From a virus, in IMG/VR virus record IMGVR_UViG_3300027833_000016: a stretch of DNA of 64,000 bases; one strand, given 5' to 3'. Under the pieces are notes generated by a model that did no database searches, was not told the DNA's origin, and saw nothing but the letters and a program-made list of their open reading frames with translations. Within the stretch, counting starts at the first letter, position 1, and each line of letters starts with the position of its first letter. This document shows positions 1 to 8,444 of this stretch, one piece after another. The position numbers and the translations under genes are program-made.

Positions 1-153
1 GTTGACGATTACGAGTTAATGAGTTATAATATGCAAGAGATCAAACGTTATGTTAATCAGATGAAGGAAGTTATCGTGTATTACCGTACCATCAATGACT
101 TTGAAGAAGAACCTAAACCCGAAGAGCAACCAATAGAGGAAACCGAAAGATGA
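1..153 (+). CDS. 3' end of a probable o-spanin (Rz1-like); partial at window edge
   Basis: Frame 1 reads VDDYELMSYNMQEIKRYVNQMKEVIVYYRT..., resembling the Y..L..N..E..RY..Q...I.YY pattern of T4-like outer spanins; its stop overlaps the next ATG (ATGA). Confidence 0.5.
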   Translation, partial: VDDYELMSYNMQEIKRYVNQMKEVIVYYRTINDFEEEPKPEEQPIEETER

Positions 154-491
154 AAACGCTTGTATTTGCATCATTGTTATTAGTAGGATGTCATGCAGTA
201 TCAGCACCTTATGTTGAATTTAAGAGTAAAGCAAAGGTCACTAGTGACTCTTATGCAGTGTCTTATTTTACAAACGATGCTGTCAACCACATACGGTTGG
301 GTAATACATGGAAGAATATATACTTTGAAGGCGGTAAGATGACCAATGGTGTATCCACCGAAGCAGGTTATAAGTTCAAGAACTTAGGTGGATCAAACTT
401 TACTTTGAAAGGTAAGGTAGAGAGTACTAAGTTAGATGCAGGTCAGTGGAAGCACGGAGTTGAAACAGAACTTCGTTACACCTTCGATTAA
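150..491 (+). CDS. small secreted outer-membrane beta-barrel-like protein
   Basis: Signal peptide (MKTLVFASLLLVGCHAVSA), alternating amphipathic strands, and a C-terminal ETELRYTFD resembling a BAM beta-signal. Confidence 0.6.
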   Translation: MKTLVFASLLLVGCHAVSAPYVEFKSKAKVTSDSYAVSYFTNDAVNHIRLGNTWKNIYFEGGKMTNGVSTEAGYKFKNLGGSNFTLKGKVESTKLDAGQWKHGVETELRYTFD

Positions 492-539
492 CAAATCATA
501 TACATACATACAGAGAATAAATAATAAGGTTCGAAGAAT

Positions 540-1016
540 ATGTATGAATATAGTGCAAAAATTGTTAGAGTGGTTGATGGCGATACTGTGGACGTTGACC
601 TTGATCTTGGTTTCGGTATCGTGTATGCTAATCAGCGGATTCGTCTATATGGTATCGATACTCCTGAGTCGCGTACAAGAGATCTGGTCGAGAAAGTCTT
701 TGGGAAGATTGCATCAAAGTTCCTTGAAGGAAAACTTGGGGAGCGATGCAAGATCCGTACTCGAAAGGACGGAAAGGGAAAGTACGGACGTATCCTCGGA
801 GAGTTTGTTGTCTACGATCCAACGACTGATTCGGAGATGACCGTCAATGATATTATGATCCGCGACCACTATGCGGTTGCATACTTTGGTCAGAGTAAAG
901 AAGATATCGAAGAAGAACATATTATCAATCGCGCAAAGTTGGCAGAACATTACGGTCACCCTAGCGAAGATGGACAGTACACACAATTGAAAGAATCATT
1001 TGGATTAGACTTTTAG
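540..1016 (+). CDS. thermonuclease (SNase-like) family nuclease
   Basis: RVVDGDTVD, RIRLYGIDTPESRT and GKYGRILG motifs. Confidence 0.9.
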   Translation: MYEYSAKIVRVVDGDTVDVDLDLGFGIVYANQRIRLYGIDTPESRTRDLVEKVFGKIASKFLEGKLGERCKIRTRKDGKGKYGRILGEFVVYDPTTDSEMTVNDIMIRDHYAVAYFGQSKEDIEEEHIINRAKLAEHYGHPSEDGQYTQLKESFGLDF

Positions 1017-1024
1017 GATAGATT

Positions 1025-1654
1025 ATGAGATGGAATGTACTTGGTAATGGGGACAATGCCCATATGTTTGAACGTGGGCAAGATGGTAGGTTACTGATAT
1101 GTAATATGCCTCCCTTCGAAATACCCAACAGTGAAGTCTATGCAACCTGCATGGTAGATTACAAGATGATGTTGGCACTAGCACAGGGTCACATCAAACT
1201 CGATATGTATGATTGGGTTCTTGGTATGCGTCCCAGACATTGGATGGAGATGAACCCTGCGTTCTATCTCAAGTATGCTCAGAAGATCAAAGCAATGCAT
1301 ACACACATACCTCAGTATGCACAATTGGAAGGACAAGACGCAGGACAGGCATCCACTAACTATTCCTGTGGACATATGGCAATCGACTATGCTTGTCGTG
1401 TTAAGGGCGCAACAGAAGTACACATCTATGGTTTTGATGCTATGTTCGATACTAACCTCAGATCTTATACAGACCTATTGTTAGAATCAGATCGTAGTGA
1501 ACAGAACACCTATAGGATTGCCAACAACTGGAGACCAGTATGGACTGGACTCTTTAAAGAGTTCAAGCACGTTAAGTTTTACTTGTATCACAAACATGAT
1601 AGACTGCAAGTGCCAGTAGGTAAGAACGTAACCGTAATAGTAAAGGAGAGATAG
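1025..1654 (+). CDS. sialyltransferase/MptE-like (GT29/Maf-type fold) hypothetical protein
   Basis: N-terminal VLGNG, plus SCGHMA and EVHIYGFD motifs typical of this fold. Confidence 0.45.
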   Translation: MRWNVLGNGDNAHMFERGQDGRLLICNMPPFEIPNSEVYATCMVDYKMMLALAQGHIKLDMYDWVLGMRPRHWMEMNPAFYLKYAQKIKAMHTHIPQYAQLEGQDAGQASTNYSCGHMAIDYACRVKGATEVHIYGFDAMFDTNLRSYTDLLLESDRSEQNTYRIANNWRPVWTGLFKEFKHVKFYLYHKHDRLQVPVGKNVTVIVKER

Positions 1655-1655
1655 T

Positions 1656-1805
1656 ATGCCAAGTAAAGAAGATCTAGTAGTAGTATTGGGTAAGTTAAGC
1701 AACTTCATAGGAGACACATTGAGTGACTTCGTTTCGTGTTGGAGAATATACCCTAACGTACTTATTTGGTGTGGACTTGCATTCTTAATTGCCGCATTTG
1801 TATAA
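1656..1805 (+). CDS. small membrane protein (49 aa)
   Basis: AAGGAG RBS; MPSKEDLVVV...LIWCGLAFLIAAFV; read by eye, absent from the ORF track. Confidence 0.6.
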   Translation: MPSKEDLVVVLGKLSNFIGDTLSDFVSCWRIYPNVLIWCGLAFLIAAFV

Positions 1806-1808
1806 ATA
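1801..1808 (+). promoter_or_regulatory. T4-type late promoter TATAAATA
   Basis: Exact consensus 35 nt upstream of ATG 1844. Confidence 0.75.
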
Positions 1809-1843
1809 AACGTATATTACAAACCATTACATACAGGTCACCC

Positions 1844-2536
1844 ATGCAGAAGTTTAAGACATTCACCGAACAAGTAGAGTTACAAGAAGGGGTCAATGAT
1901 CCTGCCATCTTTAAAGCAGTATTCCTAGCAGGTGGGCCCGGTTCGGGTAAGTCATTCATAGCAGGTAAGACTGGTCTTGGATCTTTCGGATTCCGTGTCA
2001 TCAACTCCGATGACGCGTTCGAGAACTCTATGAAGAAAGCAGGAATGGAGATGTCACCCGAAGAGATCTTCTCGGTCAAGGGTCAGGAACTTCGTGGTAA
2101 GGCAACAGAGATTACTGCCAAGAAGAAAGAGATCTATCTTAAAGGTCGGTTGGGTATTGTTATTGATGGTACTGGTAAAGACTTTGACAAGTTAAACAAG
2201 CAACGCAAAGAACTAGAGAAGTTGGGTTATGATTGTGCGATCATCATAGTCAACACTAACTTAGATACTGCCGTAGGTCGTGACCAAGCACGAAAACGTA
2301 CTATCGGTAAGAAGATGTTAGAACCAATGTGGCAAGCAGTGCAAGACAATATTGGTAAGTTTCAGACCGCATTCGGGCGAAGCAAAACCTTTATCGTAGA
2401 TAACTCAGACGGTAAAGACTACGAGAAAGAAACAATGGCGGCATACAAAGGCGTTGGTGTCTGGGCAAAGAAAGCACCAGACAACTCCAAAGCGCGTAAG
2501 TGGATTGCCAGTGAGACAAAGAAGAAGACTCGATAA
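1844..2536 (+). CDS. zeta-toxin/AAA_33-like P-loop kinase
   Basis: KAVFLAGGPGSGKS Walker A, INSDD and IVIDGTG motifs; ATG 1844 preferred as start. Confidence 0.8.
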   Translation: MQKFKTFTEQVELQEGVNDPAIFKAVFLAGGPGSGKSFIAGKTGLGSFGFRVINSDDAFENSMKKAGMEMSPEEIFSVKGQELRGKATEITAKKKEIYLKGRLGIVIDGTGKDFDKLNKQRKELEKLGYDCAIIIVNTNLDTAVGRDQARKRTIGKKMLEPMWQAVQDNIGKFQTAFGRSKTFIVDNSDGKDYEKETMAAYKGVGVWAKKAPDNSKARKWIASETKKKTR

Positions 2537-3451
2537 TTACTCGAAGTCATATCCCGATGGGTAAGTAATACCTCCGGGAGTTTTGTGGCAGTCAATCATA
2601 GTATCTAGTATAGAGTATTCTATGTTCCTGTCTGCCTCAGACTCTTCTCTGAATCTATCATCCCAGATAGTCCGACTAACAAACACCTCGTTCAACCAAT
2701 CAGAATTATTCTCACGGACACCACCAATGTATTTGTCGTGGTCTTTGTCCTGATAGTTAATATCAATGATCTCAAATCCTTCACAACATATTGGCGAGAA
2801 CGTAGATCGAATGTGATGTTCGGTGAATCCCTCGTCTTCTCCAGTCTTAGGTACACCTGCAAACACAACCGCATCATACATTGTATTATGTGGGGGTGTT
2901 ATAGTAACATTACCACCGTGCTTGTATTGCTCGGATGCAGGAACAAGATCAATCTCGTATCGTTTATATAACGAGTGCATCAACTGAGTGAACCTAGACT
3001 CTGGTGGTTTGGCAGTATGCATTTGGAAGTCTCTGTAACCCATTGCCATCTTGACAATAGGAAGAAACTGAATCCAGATGTTAGGATCTACCATAGTAGT
3101 ATCGGCAGACTTGAACGTTGGAGTTGGATGTAGGTTACGATCAGACTTACGAGGATATGTCCAAGATGCTTGTGCCGCATTGAAGTGACCAACAAACAAC
3201 ACCTTATTGAATCCCTTCAACGAAAGATAGTTAAGTACCATAGGGCAGTAGTTGAACACATCATTAACAGTATGAGAGTCGGCATCCTTCCATCGTGTAA
3301 CTAGATCATTGGTACGCACTTCTGCATCTATGATGTAGTTTAACTTACCCCATTGGTTCTGCTTATCTTTCTTATGGATATAATTCCCAACAGATGATCC
3401 TGCCGACCTTTTACCCTTCTGAAGAAGTTCATTCACTGCTCTATATTGCAT
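2537..3451 (-). CDS. hypothetical protein (304 aa)
   Basis: Long ORF with AAGGA RBS, downstream of and likely co-transcribed with 3455..3718. Confidence 0.8.
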   Translation of the reverse strand: MQYRAVNELLQKGKRSAGSSVGNYIHKKDKQNQWGKLNYIIDAEVRTNDLVTRWKDADSHTVNDVFNYCPMVLNYLSLKGFNKVLFVGHFNAAQASWTYPRKSDRNLHPTPTFKSADTTMVDPNIWIQFLPIVKMAMGYRDFQMHTAKPPESRFTQLMHSLYKRYEIDLVPASEQYKHGGNVTITPPHNTMYDAVVFAGVPKTGEDEGFTEHHIRSTFSPICCEGFEIIDINYQDKDHDKYIGGVRENNSDWLNEVFVSRTIWDDRFREESEADRNIEYSILDTMIDCHKTPGGITYPSGYDFE

Positions 3452-3454
3452 GGT

Positions 3455-3718
3455 TTATCCTTTATAAATCTTTTGTATGTGAGTCTCGAATAGTTCGATC
3501 TTCTCTAGTCGTTTTGGCCACAGGATATAATCCTTCTCAGGATTCTGTTTTAAGTTGTTCAGCAATGGTTGGATGCCATTGTACAACTTGTCTAGTCGTT
3601 CTTTGTATGTATCCACTTCGTCAGAGGTAGCACTGGCACTAGCAACGGCACTTTGTACTGCCTCTAGTTCGTCCTCATCTACAATGGTAAATCCAAAGTC
3701 AAAGATCTCGTCACTCAT
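3455..3718 (-). CDS. conserved phage hypothetical protein (FDFGFT..DEDEL type)
   Basis: FDFGFTIVDEDEL and NPEKDYILWPKR patterns recalled from T4-like phages. Confidence 0.8.
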   Translation of the reverse strand: MSDEIFDFGFTIVDEDELEAVQSAVASASATSDEVDTYKERLDKLYNGIQPLLNNLKQNPEKDYILWPKRLEKIELFETHIQKIYKG

Positions 3719-3746
3719 ATTTATACCTTTATTTTGCGTTTACCTT

Positions 3747-3754
3747 TATTTATA
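3747..3754 (-). promoter_or_regulatory. T4-type late promoter TATAAATA (minus strand)
   Basis: TATTTATA on the plus strand, upstream of the start at 3718. Confidence 0.7.
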
Positions 3755-3756
3755 CC

Positions 3757-3795
3757 TTGACAAAGTTCCAAAAATACTATATAATGGTATAAATA
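3757..3795 (+). promoter_or_regulatory. sigma70-type early promoter followed by a late promoter
   Basis: TTGACA(3757)-N17-TATAAT(3780), then TATAAATA at 3788-3795. Confidence 0.85.
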
Positions 3796-3809
3796 AGTGG
3801 AGAATTAAC

Positions 3810-3995
3810 ATGAGTGCAATAGGTAGCGTAATACAGCAGGTACAGGAGTTTGTAGATCCTATGTTATATAGTGGGTATACGAACAAACAGATCTTAGATG
3901 AGTTCCAGATAGTATATCAAGACGATCCGAACTTCTTCTATATGAACAAGATTATCACGGAACAACTCCGTGGTCGATCACTTCTAACGGAGTAG
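3810..3995 (+). CDS. hypothetical protein
   Basis: GGAG RBS and ATG 3810 (MSAIGSVIQQ...), just after the promoter. Confidence 0.75.
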   Translation: MSAIGSVIQQVQEFVDPMLYSGYTNKQILDEFQIVYQDDPNFFYMNKIITEQLRGRSLLTE

Positions 3996-4004
3996 ATACA
4001 ATCA

Positions 4005-4190
4005 GTGAAGAACTGGGACAACAAACAATCCAAATGGACAATTTGGAAACACGCACTTGGGTCATTCTCCGATGAACAGACCTATGGGCAAGACGATAAG
4101 ATTGCATTGATCAGAACGATCATTGTGGGTAGCAACCTATTGTGTGCGTATTTGTTTATGATTAATATTGTAGTAGGATGGATGGGATGA
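4005..4190 (+). CDS. small membrane protein
   Basis: IWKHALGSFSDE..DDKIALIRT followed by a hydrophobic segment. Confidence 0.7.
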   Translation: MKNWDNKQSKWTIWKHALGSFSDEQTYGQDDKIALIRTIIVGSNLLCAYLFMINIVVGWMG

Positions 4191-4354
4191 GACGTGGTAC
4201 CCAACCACTAGCAGTTCGTGCCAAGCAACACATATCTATTTGTTGTAAGACTCTCTGCGAAAGAGAGATAGTAGAAGAATATATTAATCAATTAGAAGAG
4301 AGAGTAAAAGAACTTGAGCAAATGGTGGAGAATCTGGGCAAAGAGTCTAGGTGA
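4187..4354 (+). CDS. small coiled-coil hypothetical protein (55 aa)
   Basis: ATGA overlap with the previous ORF; MRRGTQPLAVRAKQHISICCKTLCEREIVEEY... Confidence 0.6.
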   Translation: MRRGTQPLAVRAKQHISICCKTLCEREIVEEYINQLEERVKELEQMVENLGKESR

Positions 4355-4493
4355 GAAAGTTGGTGAGACGGACAAGCAAGCAAACACGATTGCAGGTGTC
4401 CGTACCGTGTGGTGGTTTACCCATATGGCAACCTGTGTCGCAATCATCCTTAATGCCATTGCCAATCACGGTTGGGGTCTGTTAGGACTGTGA
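4314..4493 (+). CDS. small membrane protein (WWRIWAKSLGEK type)
   Basis: KWWRIWAKSLGEKVGETDKQA...IILNAIANHGW; layout similar to 4005..4190; start codon uncertain. Confidence 0.65.
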   Translation: MSKWWRIWAKSLGEKVGETDKQANTIAGVRTVWWFTHMATCVAIILNAIANHGWGLLGL

Positions 4494-4837
4494 TCACCGT
4501 AACACCAGATGCATTAGTCGTTTTACGACAGAGATTAGTCTCGCGTCCTGACTGTAATGGTATTAGGTTAGAAGTTAAAGGTGCAGGTTGTAGTGGGTAC
4601 GCATATCATATGGAGTACTCATACGCAAGAAAGCATGATGATGTTATTGTTCCACTAGAGGAAGTGTCCCTAGTGATAGACCCCAAGAGTATGTTATTTA
4701 TGACTGGAACACGGTTAGAATATGTAGTCGAAGGATTCAGTGAAGGATTTCAATTCGTCAACCCCAATGTGACAGGGGAATGCGGATGTGGTGAGAGTTT
4801 CTATTATGATGGCGAAAAAGTACCAACTAGCGAATAA
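4490..4837 (+). CDS. iscA: A-type Fe-S carrier protein IscA/HesB
   Basis: GIRLEVKGAGCSGYAY and NPNVTGECGCGESF motifs; GTG start at 4490 (GTGA overlap). Confidence 0.93.
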   Translation: MITVTPDALVVLRQRLVSRPDCNGIRLEVKGAGCSGYAYHMEYSYARKHDDVIVPLEEVSLVIDPKSMLFMTGTRLEYVVEGFSEGFQFVNPNVTGECGCGESFYYDGEKVPTSE

Positions 4838-5432
4838 CTACCAACTAAGAGGTTGGGAACTGATATCTGAAGTGATACCGAAATCACAGATTGATGCTAT
4901 CAAAGAAAACGCATTACCTATGCGACACAAAAGTCGTGAGTTCTCTAAGTGGGACGGAATATCATGTGCAGGTAGATTCAACGGTGACTTGATGGAGTTT
5001 TATACTTCAGATGCCATGAGGTCAGTTGCAGAGAGTATTCTTGGTTCCAAAACATATCTATTCAACGATCAAGTAGTATACAAGTTGCCACATGATGGTA
5101 TGACCTTCGAAGCACACTTTGATAACCAGTATGGCACGAACATCGATGGGTCTATACATACAGTCAATCTCAGTGTTGTACTAGACGACTTTACTCCTTG
5201 GAACGGAACCTTGTCATTACAGAACGAAGACGATGGTGAGTGGGTAACGGTCTATCCAAAAGCAGGGGATATTATTGCCATAAGAGGATCTACCTTACAT
5301 AAGTCTACTGAGAACATTTCAATGAGTCCACGAGGACTGTATGCTTGCGTATACACTGAATCACCTATGAATATGACTGGGTTCTATAACACCTTATTCG
5401 AAAAGGTTATAAGAAAGTGTCATGTTATATGA
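4806..5432 (+). CDS. PhyH-family 2OG-Fe(II) dioxygenase
   Basis: FNDQVVYK, HFD (HxD), LDDFT..NGTL and distal His in GSTLHKS. Confidence 0.85.
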   Translation: MMAKKYQLANNYQLRGWELISEVIPKSQIDAIKENALPMRHKSREFSKWDGISCAGRFNGDLMEFYTSDAMRSVAESILGSKTYLFNDQVVYKLPHDGMTFEAHFDNQYGTNIDGSIHTVNLSVVLDDFTPWNGTLSLQNEDDGEWVTVYPKAGDIIAIRGSTLHKSTENISMSPRGLYACVYTESPMNMTGFYNTLFEKVIRKCHVI

Positions 5433-5451
5433 TAATAGTCTAAGAAAGGGG

Positions 5452-5480
5452 TTGCGCGGTACATAGAATGGTGGTATAAT
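5452..5480 (+). promoter_or_regulatory. sigma70-type promoter with extended -10
   Basis: TTGCGC-N17-TATAAT with TG at 5472-5473. Confidence 0.7.
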
Positions 5481-5507
5481 AGTACCCTATTCAGTGATAA
5501 AGAGAAG

Positions 5508-5810
5508 ATGATTATGAAAGACAGAATATTCAACTATGCCAAGACAATTGATACTAACGTGTTCTACTTCAATCGTGTTGCAGATGCGTTTACTTCTAAG
5601 TTAGATTGGTATGATAACGATGACGTTGATATGATTGTCGTTGACGCGACCAACACCTCACAAGAGACTGACAACATCTTCTCTTTCCTTTACCAAACTG
5701 AACCTAACACTGATCAAGTATGGATGCGCTTTGCCAAAGAGTACGAAGTGACCAATGCTGATCTGATTCTTGATCCAACTAAACCTTCTTATATGATACA
5801 GGTGAAATAA
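5508..5810 (+). CDS. hypothetical protein
   Basis: ORF downstream of the early promoter. Confidence 0.75.
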   Translation: MIMKDRIFNYAKTIDTNVFYFNRVADAFTSKLDWYDNDDVDMIVVDATNTSQETDNIFSFLYQTEPNTDQVWMRFAKEYEVTNADLILDPTKPSYMIQVK

Positions 5811-5812
5811 AT

Positions 5813-6169
5813 ATGTTTAATAATTATACTGCTCAAGCAACAACTGGTGCCGCAGGGGGATTCACTCTCGCTTTCGGTGGTCTTGATATGGCGGCACTTC
5901 GTGTCGAATGTGTTCTAGGTGAGACTCCTATGGTTGACAAAGAAGTATCTCTGTCTGCCAAGAAATACGATGTCGCTTCACTTATGATCGGTGAGAAGTT
6001 TATCTCTTACGATCTGATACTACGCATGATGCTCAAAGATGGTGTTATCACTCGACAGAGCAAAGTTAAGATCGGTGCTACTGGAAGACTTCGTGAAGTC
6101 TATGACTGTAAGACACAGAAAGCATACCGTATGTGGGGTAAGACTTACTATGGGTGTGTGACAAAATGA
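5813..6169 (+). CDS. hypothetical protein
   Basis: AGGTG RBS; tightly packed with neighbours. Confidence 0.75.
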   Translation: MFNNYTAQATTGAAGGFTLAFGGLDMAALRVECVLGETPMVDKEVSLSAKKYDVASLMIGEKFISYDLILRMMLKDGVITRQSKVKIGATGRLREVYDCKTQKAYRMWGKTYYGCVTK

Positions 6170-6273
6170 TTGACTTTATCGCATCACTAACATTCGGTGA
6201 GGGGTTATCCCTCCTCATCCTGTTTGGCGTGTTTATCTTGTGGGTAGAGATTAAAGGGAGAGACGAGCAGTGA
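6166..6273 (+). CDS. tiny membrane protein (35 aa)
   Basis: ATGA and GTGA overlaps at the two ends; one hydrophobic stretch. Confidence 0.55.
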   Translation: MIDFIASLTFGEGLSLLILFGVFILWVEIKGRDEQ

Positions 6274-6413
6274 GTAAACCACGCAACCCTGTTGCTAAGT
6301 TCCAACGCAAGTACAACAAGGCAAAGGTATTTCTTGATCGCAAGCGTGAAGCAAAGAAGCAAGGCAAACTTGTGTATGCCGAATACCCACCACTAAAGGA
6401 TAGTGACCAATGA
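6270..6413 (+). CDS. small basic protein (RNPVAK type, 47 aa)
   Basis: GGGAG RBS; MSKPRNPVAKFQRKYNKAKVFLDRKREAKKQG; stop overlaps ATG 6410. Confidence 0.65.
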   Translation: MSKPRNPVAKFQRKYNKAKVFLDRKREAKKQGKLVYAEYPPLKDSDQ

Positions 6414-6979
6414 ATATATTTAGATTAGATAATGATCCTGTTGTTGCCGCACAGATGATGTGTGATAAGCACGTTGTCAAAATGGTGACCGAATATGGTC
6501 AACTACTTTCTACTGCTCACCGTGTATTAATGGGTACTCCAGAGAAACGTCTATCCAAGTCTGGCAAGCGTATGGTCGATCACTATGTAGTAAAAGGTGC
6601 CGCCAAAGAACGACTGCTATATAAGGTTGCCCATAAGAATCATCCGTCTGCTATCTGGGCACGAGAGAATAACGAAAACTACCGATGGTTATACAAGCAC
6701 TTCCAAGCAACCGCGAAGGAGTACGAACATCGTTATGGACGTGTACACAAGACATATAAAGATCTAGGTGGTATGTTATGGTTCTCACCTATCGTACCAG
6801 ACGGTACTGATTACCGATGGGCACGAGAGACAGAGATGCCTCAGTGTATGCCTGATCACTGCAAGCAAGACGATGTGGTTGATGCTTACCGGAAATACTA
6901 TATAGAGGAGAAGAAAGGTTTTGCTAAGTGGACTAAAAGAAAGACACCCGACTGGTTTCACAAAGAAGATGTCGGTTAA
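6410..6979 (+). CDS. pyrimidine-dimer DNA glycosylase (DenV-related) family protein
   Basis: MNIF.LD.DP..AAQ..CDKHVVKM, HKNHPSAIWAR and PQCMPD motifs. Confidence 0.8.
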   Translation: MNIFRLDNDPVVAAQMMCDKHVVKMVTEYGQLLSTAHRVLMGTPEKRLSKSGKRMVDHYVVKGAAKERLLYKVAHKNHPSAIWARENNENYRWLYKHFQATAKEYEHRYGRVHKTYKDLGGMLWFSPIVPDGTDYRWARETEMPQCMPDHCKQDDVVDAYRKYYIEEKKGFAKWTKRKTPDWFHKEDVG

Positions 6980-7112
6980 GGAAGTCATCGCCACAGCAAT
7001 CCTATTGGTATGGTTATCTGCGTCATTAAACAAGTATGACGAACTATATGGAGTAAGAATGTCAATGCGTAGAATGAATGAGTGCCGGAAAGTGTTGACA
7101 ACCCCAATCTAG
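6969..7112 (+). CDS. small membrane-anchored protein
   Basis: MSVKEVIATAILLVWLSASL hydrophobic N-terminus. Confidence 0.5.
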   Translation: MSVKEVIATAILLVWLSASLNKYDELYGVRMSMRRMNECRKVLTTPI

Positions 7113-7123
7113 CGTGGTATAAT
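7095..7123 (+). promoter_or_regulatory. consensus sigma70-type early promoter
   Basis: TTGACA-N17-TATAAT with TG extension. Confidence 0.88.
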
Positions 7124-7152
7124 ATAAACTTAATACACAGACAAGGATACCA

Positions 7153-7323
7153 ATGAACAAGCGACTCAGACATTTGCAACTTAGATCAGCGCAGACTGCG
7201 CAACAAAGTAGAAGAAGAATGATGAGACTGAATGTGTTATTTGAACAAGAAATTAAATCAATTGAAGGAGAAGATCCGTTATGGCCTATACAGAAAAACA
7301 GTGGAAAGCAGATGTCGAAGTAG
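7153..7323 (+). CDS. small basic hypothetical protein (56 aa)
   Basis: AAGGA RBS directly after the promoter; MNKRLRHLQLRSAQTAQQSRRR... Confidence 0.55.
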   Translation: MNKRLRHLQLRSAQTAQQSRRRMMRLNVLFEQEIKSIEGEDPLWPIQKNSGKQMSK

Positions 7324-7592
7324 CAAAGGGCGTTCTGAAAGAAACTTATGTGAACAACATCGTCTACGTTCAAGAACGTGTTAAAGATGGTGCTAAAGAA
7401 GATGAATTGAAACAGATCGAAGATCTGATCATGGCGAACGAGCGACTTATCGTTTACTTTGATGAAGGTGATGAGTGGGTTAAAGAATTACATGAACAGG
7501 CAAAAGGCGATGGTGCCGATGATGCCGAATTTGAGGAAGTAAAAGATGATGAAGACGAAGTTGCAAGAATTGACAATGCCAGAAACTCCTGA
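7281..7592 (+). CDS. acidic hypothetical protein
   Basis: AAGGAG RBS; 103 aa. Confidence 0.75.
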   Translation: MAYTEKQWKADVEVAKGVLKETYVNNIVYVQERVKDGAKEDELKQIEDLIMANERLIVYFDEGDEWVKELHEQAKGDGADDAEFEEVKDDEDEVARIDNARNS

Positions 7593-7887
7593 AGAAATTA
7601 ACATCGAAGAGAAAGCAGACCATCTTCAAGTTATAAAGAATGGTCTTGTTGGTGCGTTACGCGATGGTGTGACACACTTACAGTTCAGGAAGGTTAACGG
7701 TGACACGCGCAATATGATTGCCACCCTGAAGACTGACTTGATCCCCGAAGATAAGATCCCCGAAGCAGGTAAGGAACGTAAAGAGTCTGTTGCACTAGTT
7801 GTGCTGTATGACCTTGAAGTTGCTGAATGGCGTTCACTGCGAACCGAGAACCTTGTCGAATATCGGTGTGAAGCATGGCAAGCGTAA
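7576..7887 (+). CDS. SH3/Sm-like beta-barrel protein (WYL_2/DUF2693-like)
   Basis: F.KVNG..R.M.ATL and VLYDLE..EWRS.R motifs. Confidence 0.7.
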   Translation: MPETPEEINIEEKADHLQVIKNGLVGALRDGVTHLQFRKVNGDTRNMIATLKTDLIPEDKIPEAGKERKESVALVVLYDLEVAEWRSLRTENLVEYRCEAWQA

Positions 7888-8444
7888 AGCGCAAACGGAA
7901 ACCCATGTCCGAAGAGCAACGTCTCGCGGCAGTCGAAAGACTTGCCAAGGCGCGTGAAGCACGAGGACATGATGGTTCCAAGAGCGTCCATCCCTTGTTA
8001 TTGGAACAAGACGAGGATAGTCCTATCCATTGGAAGAAGGTTCGAGTATGGGTCAAGGAGATCCAGTCAGAACTTACCTCAATGAAAGCAAAGAGACTGT
8101 CCAAGGATACTAAAGAGAGACACGAGTATCAGATACTTGAAGTCTACCTTGGTAACCTGAAGAAGTTCCTAGAGTCTAGCATATGGTTAGACATGAGATA
8201 CGGAAGACATCGTGAAGGAAGGATGAAGACTGTCGTTACGACAATGGCATACTTTCCGTGTGGAAGACCTAAGAGGACTGTAGGTCATTATTATAAAGAT
8301 GTTGGTGTTTACACCGAGGAAATGAAACATGACGATGACAGAATTTACAGTACAGACAACTACACCCCAGACCCCAGACAACTTTATGAACAAGAAGAAG
8401 TTCTCGAAGATGGTGGAGAGGACGGTGAGGAACTCTGGACTTAA
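7875..8444 (+). CDS. conserved phage hypothetical protein
   Basis: KPMSEEQRLAAVERLAKAREAR N-terminus; lies upstream of gp33. Confidence 0.75.
   Translation: MASVKRKRKPMSEEQRLAAVERLAKAREARGHDGSKSVHPLLLEQDEDSPIHWKKVRVWVKEIQSELTSMKAKRLSKDTKERHEYQILEVYLGNLKKFLESSIWLDMRYGRHREGRMKTVVTTMAYFPCGRPKRTVGHYYKDVGVYTEEMKHDDDRIYSTDNYTPDPRQLYEQEEVLEDGGEDGEELWT

Noticed and set aside
436-840. Overlapping 134-aa membrane-like ORF
   Set aside because: Out-of-frame overlap with the well-supported SNase gene.
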